In this document: positions 31,022 to 32,000 of the stretch, one piece after another
Numbering within the stretch: position 1 is the stretch's first letter
Layout: every line of letters begins with the position of its first letter
Assembly (NCBI RefSeq): GCF_000195955.2
Contig: NC_000962.3
Coordinates: forward strand, 2,070,001-2,102,000
Direction: 5' to 3'
From: Mycobacterium tuberculosis H37Rv
GTDB lineage: Bacteria > Actinomycetota > Actinomycetes > Mycobacteriales > Mycobacteriaceae
Length of the DNA: 32,000 nucleotides
The notes under the pieces: generated by a model
What the model saw: only the letters and a program-made list of their open reading frames with translations
Told to the model about the DNA's origin: nothing
Database searches by the model: none
Position numbers and translations under genes: made by a program

Positions 31022-31648
31022 GTGGTCGCGTCGCCGAATCGGTTGCCGCGCATCGACTGTCGGGGCGGTGTCCAGGCACGCCGAACCGCGCCCGACACGG
31101 TGCACCTGGTGTCGGCGGCCGCGACCCCGCTGGGCGGTGACACCATGAGAATCCGGGTGATCGTGGAACGGGGTGCCCAGCTACGGCTGCGTAGTGCCGC
31201 CGCGACGGTGGCCTTGCCCGGCGTGGATACCCTGACGTCGCATGCTCACTGGGAGATCGACGTGACCGGCACCCTGGATGTGGACCTGGAGCCGACGGTC
31301 GTCGCCGCCTCAGCCCGGCATCTGTCGCATGCCACCTTGCGCCTGCACGACGACGGTCGGGTCCGCTTGCGCGAGCGCGTGCAGATTGGCAGATGCAATG
31401 AGCGCGAAGGATTTTGGTCGTCATCGCTGCAGGCCGATCGGCATGGTCGTCCCCTGCTGCGGCACCGGGTGGAACTGGGTGCCGGGTCTTTGGCCGACGA
31501 CGTCATTGCGGCGCCGCGCGCCACTATCAGCGAGCTGCGCTATCCGGCGACGGCATTCACCGACGCCATCGACGCACGGTCGACCGTTTTGGCGTTGGCG
31601 GGTGGCGGAACACTGAGTACCTGGCAGGCTGACCGGTTGCCTGGCTAA
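31022..31648 (+). CDS. ureD: Urease accessory protein UreD/UreH
   Basis: 208 aa from GTG 31022. PDTVHLVSAAATPLGGDTMRIRVIVERGAQLRLRSAAATVALPG. Confidence 0.88.
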   Translation: MVASPNRLPRIDCRGGVQARRTAPDTVHLVSAAATPLGGDTMRIRVIVERGAQLRLRSAAATVALPGVDTLTSHAHWEIDVTGTLDVDLEPTVVAASARHLSHATLRLHDDGRVRLRERVQIGRCNEREGFWSSSLQADRHGRPLLRHRVELGAGSLADDVIAAPRATISELRYPATAFTDAIDARSTVLALAGGGTLSTWQADRLPG

Positions 31649-31650
31649 CG

Positions 31651-32000
31651 CTAGCTGGCCACCTTAGCGCTTGCCGCTGAGCCCTGCGCCTCGGCGGCCA
31701 GCTCGGCCAGCTGTTCGAGCCGCGTTCGCGCAAATGCCTGCTGGTCGGTGATGGTCAGCTGGCCGCGGCGAGTACTGAGGAAAGTCACCGTCCACGACAG
31801 CAGAGTGGTGATCTTGGTCTTGAACCCGATCAGGTACGCCAGGTGCAGCACCAGCCAAATCAGCCAGGCGATAAAGCCGCTGAACTCAACGGGACCGATC
31901 TTGGCCACCGCCGAAAACCTCGAAACCGTGGCCATCGATCCCTTGTCGAAGTACTGGAATGGCTCACGCTCCGCCGGGTTGGCGCCGGCCAGTTCGGCCT
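31651..32000 (-). CDS. ndh: Type II NADH dehydrogenase, C-terminal part, cut by the window edge
   Basis: Translated tail AELAGANPAEREPFQYFDKGSMATVSRFSAVAKIGPVEFSGFIAWLIWLVLHLAYLIGFKTK, open to the window end. Confidence 0.95.
   Translation of the reverse strand, partial: AELAGANPAEREPFQYFDKGSMATVSRFSAVAKIGPVEFSGFIAWLIWLVLHLAYLIGFKTKITTLLSWTVTFLSTRRGQLTITDQQAFARTRLEQLAELAAEAQGSAASAKVAS

Overview
The window matches a Mycobacterium tuberculosis complex chromosomal segment, recognised from protein content and gene order equivalent to H37Rv Rv1823 (3' part) to Rv1854c (C-terminal part of ndh). It is mostly well-annotated core genome: DUF881/small basic protein cluster, gcvH, garA, two MerR-type regulators flanking a bifunctional-nuclease-like protein, gcvB, two Asp-nucleophile alpha/beta hydrolases, a CocE-like hydrolase, a VWA protein, glcB, vapBC13, PE_PGRS34, a CNNM/CBS pair, guaB1, gnd1, blaR/blaI-like genes, an Rv1847-type thioesterase, ureABCFGD and ndh. 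I found no convincing new multi-gene system. The more interesting content is non-coding: (1) a tandem glycine riboswitch before gcvB that the hypothetical ORF Rv1831 lies across, with a possible RBS-enclosing hairpin; (2) a 56-bp VNTR between Rv1829 and the MerR regulator Rv1830/resR; (3) an IdeR-box-like promoter and terminator-like hairpin between blaI and Rv1847, matching the reported iron-responsive sRNA MrsI; (4) a BlaI-like operator; (5) long inverted repeats after Rv1830, gcvB and at the glcB stop codon; (6) a possible remnant of a 13E12/HNH-type protein tail. Locus names come from memory of the H37Rv gene order and were not checked by database search.
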